A stretch of 13,267 bases of DNA from Azolla caroliniana (Eukaryota; Plantae; Polypodiophyta): the NCBI GenBank assembly GCA_043228905.1, contig JBHGNT010000974.1, positions 1 to 13,267 of the forward strand. Direction: 5' to 3'. Both the position numbers and the translations under genes were made by a program. Within the stretch, counting starts at the first letter, position 1. Every line of letters begins with the position of its first letter. Shown here one piece after another: positions 1-9,808 of this stretch. The notes under the pieces were generated by a model. The model worked only from the letters and a program-made list of their open reading frames with translations. It was not told where the DNA came from and made no database searches.

Positions 1-561
1 AAGCTCAAAGATAACCTAATATGACGAATCATATTTTGAGTATGGAACCCAATATGGATATTTGGTCACAATGACAACTTCACAAATGATATAATGATGA
101 TGGCATAAGAACAGACCTGAAGATCATCAAGGAAAGACCTTCACAAAAAGAAATTCGAGAACCATCAACATAGATGTAACAAAAACAAAATACTGAGAAT
201 CATCAAATTACGATGATAAAAGGGATACAAAGAATCACCGTATTTAGTTATATAAAAATACTGAGAAACACCAAATTATGAAGAAATGCATGAAATTTAC
301 TTTACAAAATGCATAGCACATACAAAAATTAGAGGTGGTGGATTGTCCATCCATATCATCATGTAGATATTTGTGTAGGTTTAACATGAACCATTTTGTA
401 CTTCTTCCTTAAATGAGAGAAATGCTTTTTCATGTGTACATAGAACTTCATCTTTCCGAACCTTCATTGGGTTTTCATGATCTCCATTAAGGCCACATAT
501 CAATGTCTTGATTGTGTATTATGTGCAAATATCTAAAGTTGAACTATATACTTTTCCTCCT

Positions 562-770
562 TCAAGCACTCAACCCAAGTGCAATCAATGTGCTCAATTT
601 GAATACTTGAGGTGTACGAGTTCCGAGACATCGGAAGACATCTATGTCTCCAGATACAGTTGCATTCCATACTGTTCCATTTTCGTCCGAATTTCTTCTC
701 GATGCATTTGCACGGTAATCACAGATGATGCACCTGATATCGACCAACGACACGAGCTTCAAAATTAACC
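562..770 (-). CDS. NERD-domain gene exon 7, terminal (GLILKLVSLVDIRCIICDYR...VFKLSTLIALGLSA*)
   Basis: CAG acceptor at 773-771, stop TGA at 564-562; C-terminal FKLS......LSA* resembles the family ending. Confidence 0.85.
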
Positions 771-1133
771 CTGAAAAATTGACATTGATTGTTAAAAAAA
801 CCTATAGATCGCTCATCCCTTAGAAGCATATAGATTGTTCTTCAAAATGCACTACTCTATTGCATGGATTGATACTTGGAAGTATACTGCGCATTACACA
901 TGGTATCAGACCCTCTCTTTCATTCCTCCAAGAGCATATAGACTGGAAAAGGATTTGGGTATTGAAAGTGACAAGTTAAAAGTCACTCATGCACTTTTAA
1001 ATATAAAACTATTTCTTGGTAGTTATACCAATGTCAAGACAAAGACTTCCACACAAAAGGCTCTTGTTTCGACTGGACTATTCAATTATCGAAATAGATA
1101 AATAAACCATTTAGTTAAAGACAAGAGACAAAC

Positions 1134-1291
1134 CTTTGCGCAAAAGACGAGATTTTTGCTTATGATTGATACTTATCCTCATCTCGCGAACACATGATCT
1201 TTTTACCAATTTCAAAGCCTCCATGTCCTCATCACATCCATCACACCGTATAAAGTCTCCAAGCATCATCGCTCCTCCCTCCGATGTGATT
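1134..1291 (-). CDS. NERD-domain gene exon 6 (RITSEGGAMMLGDFIRCDGCDEDMEALKLVKRSCVREMRISINHKQKSRLLRK)
   Basis: TAG acceptor at 1294-1292, GTTTGT donor at 1133-1128; LG(D/E)F...D.EAL..(I/V)KRS motif. Confidence 0.85.
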
Positions 1292-1398
1292 CTAGAAGAT
1301 AGAGATACATAACCCATTGCAGTTATGAGAATAATTGACAAATTACATTTCTCGTCTGCTGCTATGGGTCAAACTCAACTGAGGCATGGATATTGTGG

Positions 1399-1612
1399 TT
1401 GGAAAAATGAGACCTACATTCTACTACCAAAGTTGAGAGTCCATTAGTACCATTCTCTATCGGTACAACTCAAATGCAGCATGAGCTTTGTTGCTTGGAA
1501 AAAATGGTAAGTACATTCGACGATCAAAACTGCGAGTACATTAGTACCACCTATCTGTACAACTTAAATATAGGATTGGTTTTGTACATTCTACAATGAA
1601 AAAATGTTAGTT
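1399..1612. repeat. Degenerate ~97-bp tandem duplication in NERD intron 5
   Basis: TTGGAAAAA at 1399 and 1495; CATTAGTACCA at 1442 and 1539; GTACAACT.AAAT present in both copies. Confidence 0.7.
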
Positions 1613-1860
1613 CCTTCCTCTATGGATACATCAAATGTGGCATTAATTTTGTGCTAGGAGAGGAGAATTGATCACCAAAGCTGCAACTTACAATGCAAGA
1701 AGCCAAACGATTAAAGTCAATTGGAGAGTGGGAAGGGGCAATTGAACTCCAAGGTTGTAGCTTATACGGGAACCCGAACCACTAGGCCAATCAATAAGAA
1801 ATGGTAATCCTTCCCATCTCTTCCAAACCAATTTGCAACTTGAGAGGTGTAGAGGTTCAC

Positions 1861-2051
1861 CTGTCCCACAACGGCACAGTGCAAAGGATGCTATGTAGCT
1901 GACCATACAAATCTTTTGATATCATCATTCTCTTTCTCGGAATCTTCAGTTTTGCACAACAAGTCTTGCTCTTGCTCGACTCCTTCCTCAAAAACACCTC
2001 CAACTGTTGTAAGAGAATACTTGTGACTGCCCAAGAATGGTTTCATTGAGC
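1861..2051 (-). CDS. NERD-domain gene exon 5 (RLNETILGQSQVFSYNSWRCF/LRKESSKSKTCCAKLKIPRKRMMISKDLYGQLHSILCTVPLWDR), frameshifted
   Basis: CAG acceptor at 2054-2052, GTGAAC donor at 1860-1855; the 5' part (V.SY..W) and 3' part (QL..IL.T.P.WDR) are in different frames and are joined by adding one T to the T5 run (plus-strand A5 at 1990-1994). Confidence 0.8.
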
Positions 2052-2302
2052 CTGATGATGAAGAAATGATCCTCAAGGTGAGAACCATTAACAACAACAA
2101 AAAATCTTTTTCATAAAGTTCTCACAGAAAACATGTTCAATGATCAAGTATATGAAAAATTTGTCATGATTGTTAATCTGGTCCTTCAGCTTCATAGACG
2201 GAATAGCTTTGTGATTCTTCTTCCCCTGGCAGTTGCTTCTCTCCATATAACAGTATATTTGTTGATTCATTGGGTTGAACCCGATCATTTGCCATTGAGC
2301 AA

Positions 2303-2386
2303 TATGCATGTATGGATGGATGCATGCATATGCATGGATGTGTGTCTGTGTGTGCATGCATGCATGTATGTATCCATACATACATA
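2303..2386. repeat. Compound ATGC/ATGG/GT/ATAC microsatellite with inverted-repeat ends, in NERD intron 4
   Basis: CATGCATG RY motifs; ATGTATGTAT-CC-ATACATACAT perfect inverted repeat at 2364-2385. Confidence 0.85.
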
Positions 2387-2552
2387 GTTGCAGTGTGAAA
2401 TTTTTGACCAAAAGAAACTCAGCCGTTTCTGTTACCATTGCATAGAATTTTGTGAATTGGTAGCCAAAATTATATCTTCTCTTTATGTAAATGAGCTTGG
2501 GTTACAAACAAGAACTGGCTCCAGGTCTGCATAAAAACGAACAAAAAAATAC

Positions 2553-2668
2553 CTGCTATCCACATTTGCAAGAACTACAATGATATCAATAAAAGTTGGT
2601 GGCAATTCCAACCCTCTTCCAGAGAGATATGCCTCTAGCAACATAGACCGATTTTTAACTTCCTCAAC
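2553..2668 (-). CDS. NERD-domain gene exon 4 (VEEVKNRSMLLEAYLSGRGLELPPTFIDIIVVLANVDSR)
   Basis: CAG acceptor at 2671-2669, GT donor at 2552-2551; resembles the family motif VEE.K....LE.YL..RG..LP. Confidence 0.85.
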
Positions 2669-3506
2669 CTGTCAAATACATAACATTTCCATAAATCACC
2701 CAAATTACAAACTACATATATATAGGCATGAGATGATTCAAAACCATCAGAATCCCATATATACTACACCATGTGCCCTCTAAAAAAGATTACATGATTT
2801 TATGTTTTATAAATACCTAAAAAACCATACACTAAAATTCTATACGTCATATATGACATGGTACTCTAAAATATTCATAAAAAATTATTCATGATTGCCT
2901 AAAATCTATACTCTACAATACCACGCATCATGTACCACATGTCATACCAAAAAAATGAGGTTTTCCATTTACAAATTGTTCAAAATCATATCTTGTATAT
3001 GATTCTAAGAACTTTCGAGCAATGTATCATTCATCTATTCCATCAAACCTCTGCATTAAAAGCAATCCAATATTGTTTTCGCGCGATTCACAGAGCCCAA
3101 CATGAATCATATCCATTTTCCGAGAAAGAAGGTTTCTACCATCAACTCGCTTATGCATATAGAGCATAAGATTTTCTCTTAAAATACTGGAAGAGATTGA
3201 ACTAACATATATGTTCAATCTTGTATATTTATTTAAAAATGGAAGATGAGATTAAAGACTCACACTATCTACATAAAGATTCTAGACCAGATCTCAAGAA
3301 GAATGTGGACCATAACTTTATTGTCCAGCTAATTTATTATACAATTAATTTCTTTTTGGTTAGATTGCATATAACATAGTGTCGAACTTTTACCGCCCAA
3401 AAAGTCATTTAAAAGCCTCTTTAAAACATTAAACCTCTGCAAAAAACATAGATCGTTGCAACATTTTTGCAAATGCAAGTACAAGAGTATGAAGCAAGAG
3501 GCTTAC

Positions 3507-3618
3507 GATGTTTCCATGTCTAACAAATAAACCATTTTCAAATGTTTGACACTAGCTTCCATTAATATCACTCTTTATTGTGCCTCTCCAGTTCTTTACA
3601 TCAAGTATGCAGAGCTTC
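3507..3618 (-). CDS. NERD-domain gene exon 3 (KLCILDVKNWRGTIKSDINGS*CQTFENGLFVRHGNI), contains an in-frame stop
   Basis: TAG acceptor at 3621-3619, GTAAGC donor at 3506-3501; (D/E)VKNW.G motif; TAG where G-S-W is expected. Confidence 0.8.
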
Positions 3619-3733
3619 CTATTCAGAAACCATTTGTGCAACATGGATAAAGAAGCATTTCAGTTCTCTTTTGCATGAAAAAATTACAGTATTCAGATTC
3701 AATTTGAAATATATTTTTACATATACAACTGAC

Positions 3734-3835
3734 CTTTTGGTAAGGATTACGATATCGAAATCTTTCTGCTCTTTGCCTTCACTACTAGGAATTCGCAAAG
3801 CACCAAAAACATCAAGTCCAGGATAATGTTGCAAT
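3734..3835 (-). CDS. NERD-domain gene exon 2 (KLQHYPGLDVFGALRIPSSEGKEQKDFDIVILTKR)
   Basis: CAG acceptor at 3838-3836, GTCAGT donor at 3733-3728; LRIP...DIV motif of NERD proteins. Confidence 0.85.
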
Positions 3836-3899
3836 CTGTGGACACAGTCCTATCATCACACATGTTTCATGAAAAAGTTCTGAATACATGTGGATGCAT

Positions 3900-4550
3900 C
3901 CTTTACATAAAATCATTCTGATGGAAAATACAACTTTTCTTGAACATCACTTTTACAGAGATTTGAGCAGTAGTAGTATGCATCAGCAGACATGGGAGCT
4001 TCATCAACATAAATACATCAGATTAGCTCTGGTGTCTCTACACATTTGGCAAGTGACGTACCGATTTCAAGTTAGTATGCGCAAATGGCATCATAGTTTT
4101 GCATTCCCTGGTTTCAGTATGGACATATACTACCTATCTTCTGATACTCCCTGGATGCACCATCTATCATTCACACAGATATTGGCCAAGACATCGGCAA
4201 ATATCTCATTCACCTAATACCTAGGAGAACATGGATTCAACCATCGCATGATCTAGATACAATGATGGAATTCTATTGAGACCATCTTCTTCACATCAGA
4301 GGTGATGGATTTATACTATGCGGCTATGCCCCTAGATATCCATTTGCCTAAAAGATTGAGATGCATCATTAGACAGATCCATATCTCATCAAATCAGTTG
4401 GAGAGATAGGGATAGAAGTGTATCTCCTGATTTGTGGATAAATTATCTATGTCATACAAAGCAGAGACTCGAAGAACACTGCATATGCTACTGGAGTCAA
4501 CTATTAGAGTTTAAGAAGTTTCCACAGCACTTCTTGCATAGTAATACTAG
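3900..4550 (+). mobile_element. Possible degenerate Ty1/copia RT-RNaseH fragment in intron 1; boundaries approximate
   Basis: LHQHKYI (3999-4019, like copia L.Q.KYI), then ILCGY (~4313-4327, like L.GY.DAD) and ISW (4393-4401) in the expected order and rough spacing; heavily decayed. Confidence 0.35.
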
Positions 4551-5149
4551 CTGCTGCTTCAACTGCATGATCCCTACCCCACCCCAACATTGAGATTGTC
4601 ATTCATAATCACTCACTTCATAACATCAATGATGGTATCAATAACAACCTACTAATTGTCAACGACAGCAATAGTAATACCAACCGGCATCCACATTGTC
4701 TCTACTCTGACCTCTGGTGATTTTCGAGTAAGGACATATGATGACAATCTCATCCATAATCACAACAATCAGATCTAAAATTTACAGGTTCCATCCAGTG
4801 CCAATAAAAACTCCCTCATCAAGGTAGACAACGATGTGTGGTCGCATACATCAACAATGAGGACGACAGGGATGAGACCAATCGTCATCGTCATCGTCAT
4901 TATGAAAATTACCTCGCAATAGGCTGTATATCTATATTCTACCTATACTAGTATCCTACATCCTTTTTGTGACTGCATAGGCATTATAATTAGTAGTACT
5001 ACTACAATCCTCCTAAATAATATCGCATATATATTCATGAATTTAATAGACCACTTGTTTATAAATAATAGTCTCTCTTCCCCACTAGCTACTTAATATT
5101 ATATTATTCTATGAATGTTGTTACTAATATATTATTTTTAATGGAACCA

Positions 5150-7060
5150 ATTCTCCCATGCCATGAACTTCTATGATCAGAGATGTTGGGGCTATTTGTT
5201 ACAAGAGATCCACAAATTTAGAGAGTTTGTTCCAAGTTGTACATGATTAGTGGGGTATGTACCAAGGTAGATGTCAAGATTTCTTCAAACAGCTGGGTCA
5301 ATAGACTAGGAATGCAAGCACAAGCATAACCTCATAGGGTGACTTTGCTTGACTGAGCAATTCATTTGGTTTGATCCAGATGCCCAGCATATGCAAAACA
5401 TTATATAGAAGATGTTGCCATGTGTTAGAGGATATACAGTAAAATTGTCCAAGATCAAGCACAATCTCCCATGCAATTCACTACCATCCATTCATGGCAT
5501 CATTGTATGAGACCATTCATGGGCTTGCAAGCTCATGTTCTTCTCTCGGTAAAATAGATTCATCTTGCACGTTTTATCCTCTGCATTACTTGCCCCGATA
5601 GTCCCTGTATAATTGTTCTTCGATAGTCACATAGTGCAGGTACCTAGTTTAGGTACATTTTAATTTTGCTTTATTCACCAAACATTCTACAAGATTTACA
5701 TGACTCTAACCTCTGGTCTCATAGGTCAGTTTGGTGTTAACATTTCATTTGTCTATTCATTAACAGCCAAAACATACTTAGCTTCTCATGGGCATACCCG
5801 CCTACCCAGACAGTATATATACTTGTTCACTCCTACCCTAGGCTAGGAAATGGCCCTTTAATGTGTACAGTGTGGGCAGAGAAGTCAACCTTCTGACCAT
5901 TAATTATGAGGGAATCTAGAGAGGATGCCAGAGAATGGGATCCAGATTGCCTGTGGGCTTATGAGATTCAGTCCTTTTGGTGGTTACAATACCCATTCTT
6001 TCATTATGTGCCCTGCTTACTCTTGGCAGGTCATATATAAGCTGTAATTATTACCATTCTATCCTACTGAGCCAGCCATTACATTTCCCAGAAGTTCGTG
6101 AAAGAAGAATTTTTTCTACGATGAATCATTCTGACCCCATATCCCCATATTCTTGCAGTCATTGTGGAGGGCTATTAGATCCTAAGCATAAGGATGGTCA
6201 GGTCAGGTTTTTCTCCCATATTGATCAGTTCTAATCCATAGTTGTTTGCAAGATGTGCTTGATGAATTCATTGTATGGGAGTTGGTTGATCATGTTGGAG
6301 AAGGGAAGTTCTTGTGGTATTTATTTCCCTGACCAAGGAACCATGCTTCCCATCTTCCTTAGTCAGTCGAACAGATGGGGGAGAGTTCATATTCCCAGTC
6401 TGCCATGAGAGGATTGTTCTTCATTAAAAAACATGTAAATGCAGACTTCGGCTTTCCAATTTAAACGGTTGTAGCATGTGATATACTTTGTCTCCTCCCC
6501 CAGTTGTTTCACCTACTTATTCATGGCTTGAATTCCTCTGTAAAGTGCTTGCAATGGCAATGCAAGTGAGCTTGAGTGCATTGTGCTCTTTTCCAAGAAA
6601 GTCAGTCAACATAATCACACCCTATATCTTTACATTTCAGGAATCTGGTCTAGTATTTTGCTAGTTCATCCTCTGCTCCTCCAGGGTTGCCCCTTCAGTT
6701 GTTGGAAGCAGTTAACTCCATGGCATACCCTATAGATCTCGAATCAGGTCCCCATTTTCCCTTGCCTTTTTCCTTTTGGAGATATACAACCACGTCTCAT
6801 GCTGAACTTGTCTCTATGAGCCAAGATATGAAAATAGATCTCAAGAAGGGTCAAGTAGCAGAGGAAAAGTGTGCCTCCACTGCAAGAGAAAACCTAGATA
6901 AATACATGTAAAATTTGCCACAGAAAGACAAGCCAGAAATGCACCTTGGATGGAAGAAGATAGAGAGCAAAAGGAGGTATCCAAGGATAAATAGGAAGTG
7001 ATGCATGTAAATTTTGAGAGAAGAACCCAAAAGGAGAACTCTATAATTATTCCCCATTAA
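5150..7060 (-). mobile_element. Highly degenerate L1-type LINE ORF2 remnant (endonuclease-linker-RT start) in intron 1; boundaries approximate
   Basis: Colinear decayed motifs on the minus strand: SGG (~6880), SKILD-RFL with a 1-nt insertion (~6640-6663, like SRLDRFL), QPFKLES (6451-6471, like PFRFE), WIR..G (~6211-6240), VPK....DYR (~5620-5656, like LIPK...DYRPI), LDL (~5450-5460). Many stops and frameshifts. Confidence 0.5.
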
Positions 7061-7313
7061 TTAGCCTTGATCTTGCTTACTTTTGTAATCAATCAGACTC
7101 AATTCTAGCTTTAATCTTCTTAAATACACAATGATTAACCTTGATCTTTCTTATGATCCTAACCAGTCTCAGATATGTCCTTACTTAATCGTCACAGACT
7201 TTTCTCATAAGCTAATTTTGTTATTTGACGTGAATCTCTTGAATTAGGAAACAGAGTAAAAAAAAAAAGCACTGAAAAGAGGAACAAATTGAAAGAAATA
7301 AGAATTAACTTAC

Positions 7314-7522
7314 TTATCCAACATGTGAATTTTGGCCATGAGATCTTCATAATGTCGTGGATCATCATCATCATGGCGTGATATTCCTACTTCAGATGAG
7401 GGATTGATGAAACAGTTGGAGAAGAAATCACATCTAAGAAGAGCGTAAGCAGAAGAGGCAGCAGCAAGACCAAGCAGAGAAGCCATATAGCTATGATTCC
7501 ACACTCTTGTTGATTCCCCCAT
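7314..7522 (-). CDS. NERD-domain gene exon 1 (MGESTRVWNHSYMASLLGLAAASSAYALL...DLMAKIHMLD)
   Basis: ATG at 7522 (alternative ATG at 7486), hydrophobic N-terminal segment, strong GTAAGT donor at 7313-7308; phase 2 joins exon 2 in frame (LD-K-LQHY). Confidence 0.7.
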
Positions 7523-7645
7523 AGATCAAAACAGATTTTCAGAAAGCTGCACATATATATATCATATATGTATATGGACTCACAGAGAAAGAGAGAGAGA
7601 GCCCTACAGATATGTCCTTCTGTCTCTCTTTCTTTTTTCTTGTAA

Positions 7646-7647
<2 letters not shown>

Positions 7648-7687
<40 letters not shown>
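7648..7687. repeat. (CT)20/(AG)20 microsatellite about 125 bp upstream of the NERD gene ATG; GAGA-element-like
   Basis: Perfect dinucleotide run in the probable 5' UTR or proximal promoter. Confidence 0.95.
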
Positions 7688-7692
<5 letters not shown>

Positions 7693-7997
7693 CTCTGTTT
7701 TTTCATACATTTTGATTTGGGCATATTCAAGATTCCTTTCACACTTGAAACAGAGGAGGAGGAGACCAGAGAAACACATAAGAGAAGAGAATGTGTTTTT
7801 CCTTGCCTTTGGTAGAGGTTGTGTTCCGTTACGTACACACGCACACGCACGCATGCGCATCCTGCCTTCCCCCAATCCAGGTCCTTCAATCGTCAATCCG
7901 ATCAGAGCAAGGAAGAGAACAAGAGAGATTCAATCCCGAATGTGTCCTATGAACTCAATCATCATGCTTGGTGTGACTTGCTTGTAACTTTGTGCAT

Positions 7998-8058
7998 TGA
8001 TGATGATGATGATGGTTGCTGATTGATTATTGATGGTTGATGATTGATGATTGATGAC
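7998..8058. repeat. Degenerate (GAT)n/(GATT)n low-complexity repeat
   Basis: Read directly from the sequence. Confidence 0.8.
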
Positions 8059-9242
8059 TTGTTGCATGAGGATTAGGGAGACTCAGGTCGATCTGAGTGC
8101 TTCGATCGGGTTGACACCGATCAGAGTGCTTCAATATGATCCTCCTCCTGAGTCATGATCTAGGCATTGGACAGTTTTTCAAGTGCTTTGTGGTTTTATT
8201 GAGTCCTTTAGTATCATCAAATCATATTTAGAAAGAAAACCTAAACAATTCACCACCTCGTTCAAGATGTACCCATGTGTGCGAGCACGCACATGTGAAT
8301 CCATTTTCACTCATTGTTGTGTTTTTGTTTGATGCATGTTCATGGGACAAAGACCTACTTGACAATTGACACTCTTTGAAAAATCTTGAAATATATATTT
8401 TTAGGAAATGAACATGTATTTGATTGATTATAGTCCACTAGTTAGTTTAAGTGATCATTCGGAGGAATGGTTCCAAGTTAAACACAACCTCATCCTCGCG
8501 AAATTTTCAAGAACTTAGAGTATATTACTGCAGATCCGTCATTTTGCTAGTATAACAATTTGCATGTTGTTTTTATTCCTGCCAAAAGCCAAGAGCAAAT
8601 AATAATTGTGACAACCTAAAGTTACAAAAGTTGCAATTCATCAAGAAAAAACGTGATTTGCTTTGAGCAATCCAACACCAAGTACAAAACTAGAACTAAG
8701 GTTGTTACGCGATGTCAAGCATCGGATTGTATCCCTAGGGACAAGACTGTTTCCACTTCTTTGGCTCAAAAAGTCAAAGGCCAAGCCATGCCTTGTCAAA
8801 CATGGCATATGCACAAGATCATTTGCGTACTAGATGGCATACACAGAAGAGGTGATAACTATAAAAAATAAATGGAAATGGTATCGAAATATTGTCGAAC
8901 GAAAGACAAATTTCAATGCACACAAATGCTTGCTTCATTTATTTATTTTCATTCAAAAGGTTTAGTAAAAGTTAAACAAGATTGGGGGCCGAGCGCAACA
9001 AGATTCGAATCCTATCAAATTGAGCGAGGCTGCAAAGGATAAGCACTCTCGGGATTAAACTCAAGGAAACCAGGTGATGCCCGCATGTGAAAGGTTAAGC
9101 TATGGGGGGGCTATCTATTGATTGAGTTGACTGATTGACCGGTCGTGGTTAGAACCTTAGTTTGCTGGACTTTTGCAAAAACAGAAACACTCGGCTTAGC
9201 CTCATCGTTGGTTCGGATTGGAAGCTTTGATACACAATGGTC

Positions 9243-9260
9243 AAACCCTAAACCCTAAAC
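9243..9260. repeat. Interstitial plant telomeric motif (AAACCCT)x2.5 / telo-box
   Basis: AAACCCTAAACCCTAAAC read directly from the sequence. Confidence 0.75.
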
Positions 9261-9354
9261 AATAAACCCACATTGAATCAAACACACTCACACCACCGCA
9301 CCACCACCACCAACAACAACAGTTCATGTGATGATGATAATTGATACCCAATGA

Positions 9355-9735
9355 TTGATGGTCATGAGCTCGAATCTGATGATGGTCACGAGCTCGAATC
9401 CGGCCTAGTGCGGCAGACCAAGCACATGACATGCCATTGTCTTGATGGTCATGAGCTTCGAATTCTAGTGATGGTCACGAGCTCAAATCCGGCCTGGTGT
9501 GGATCAATCACATCACAAAAGCAATCACATGCCACTGTCTTGATGGTCATGAGCTTGAATCCGATGATGGGGTCACAGGCTCGAATCCGGCCTGGCGCGG
9601 ACCAAGCACATCACAAAAAGGCATCACATGCCATTGTCTAATGATGGTCACGAGCTCGAGTCTGATGGTGGTCATGAGCTCTAATCCGGCTTGGCGCAGG
9701 AGGCAGAGACCAAGCACATCCATCACATGCTATCA
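9355..9735. repeat. Nested tandem repeat: about 4 units of ~87-100 bp, each with two ~24-bp subunits TGATGGTCAYGAGCTCGAATCY
   Basis: Units start near 9355, 9442, 9540 and 9640; shared tail GGCCTGG...GACCAAGCACATCAC...CATGCCATTGTC. Confidence 0.9.
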
Positions 9736-9808
9736 CATCACATTGACTTGTAAGTCATTTTGTTTTCTGAATTATTCCTTTTTAGAGAGAGGCCTTACAT
9801 GCATACAT

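Larger units (their letters stand above)
562..7522 (-). pseudogene. NERD (nuclease-related domain) protein gene, At1g65020-like, 7 exons, disrupted by a premature stop and a frameshift
   Basis: Manual splicing with GT-AG boundaries: 7522-7314, 3835-3734, 3618-3507, 2668-2553, 2051-1861, 1291-1134, 770-562. The repaired product is about 365 aa with family-like motifs ALRIP..KDFDIVILTK, DVKNWRG..NGS(W), LEAYL..RG..LP, VPLWDR, MLGDF, DMEALK.VKRS, DYR and C-terminal FKLSTLIALGLSA*. Lesions: TAG at 3552-3554, and exon 5 is 191 nt instead of a frame-preserving 192. Confidence 0.8.

Noticed and set aside
2088-2438. Overlapping His/Met/Cys-rich ORFs
   Set aside because: Artefacts of the ATGC/ATAC microsatellite inside intron 4.
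2527-2552. Acceptor-like TTTTTATGCAG on the minus strand 26 nt after the exon 4 donor
   Set aside because: The intron would be too short, the downstream frame stops quickly, and the homologous exon 5 is at 2051-1861.
3552-3554. A-to-I editing (UAG to UIG = Trp) or readthrough rescuing the stop
   Set aside because: Such stop-correcting editing is known in Sordariomycete fungi, not in plant nuclear mRNA, and the independent exon 5 frameshift would remain. Mutation is the simpler explanation unless cDNA shows TGG.
7387-8022. ORFs of 67-169 aa (poly-ER, poly-SL and similar)
   Set aside because: Open frames created by (AG)n, (CA/CG)n and (GAT)n microsatellites; no protein-like features.
8983-9016. 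Possible tRNA or SINE (GATTCGAATCC B-box-like palindrome)
   Set aside because: I could not build a cloverleaf or find a convincing A-box or tail.
9355-9735. CRISPR-like array (palindromic ~24-bp repeats separated by other sequence)
   Set aside because: The intervening segments are themselves repeated rather than unique spacers, the spacing alternates, the context is eukaryotic and there are no cas genes.
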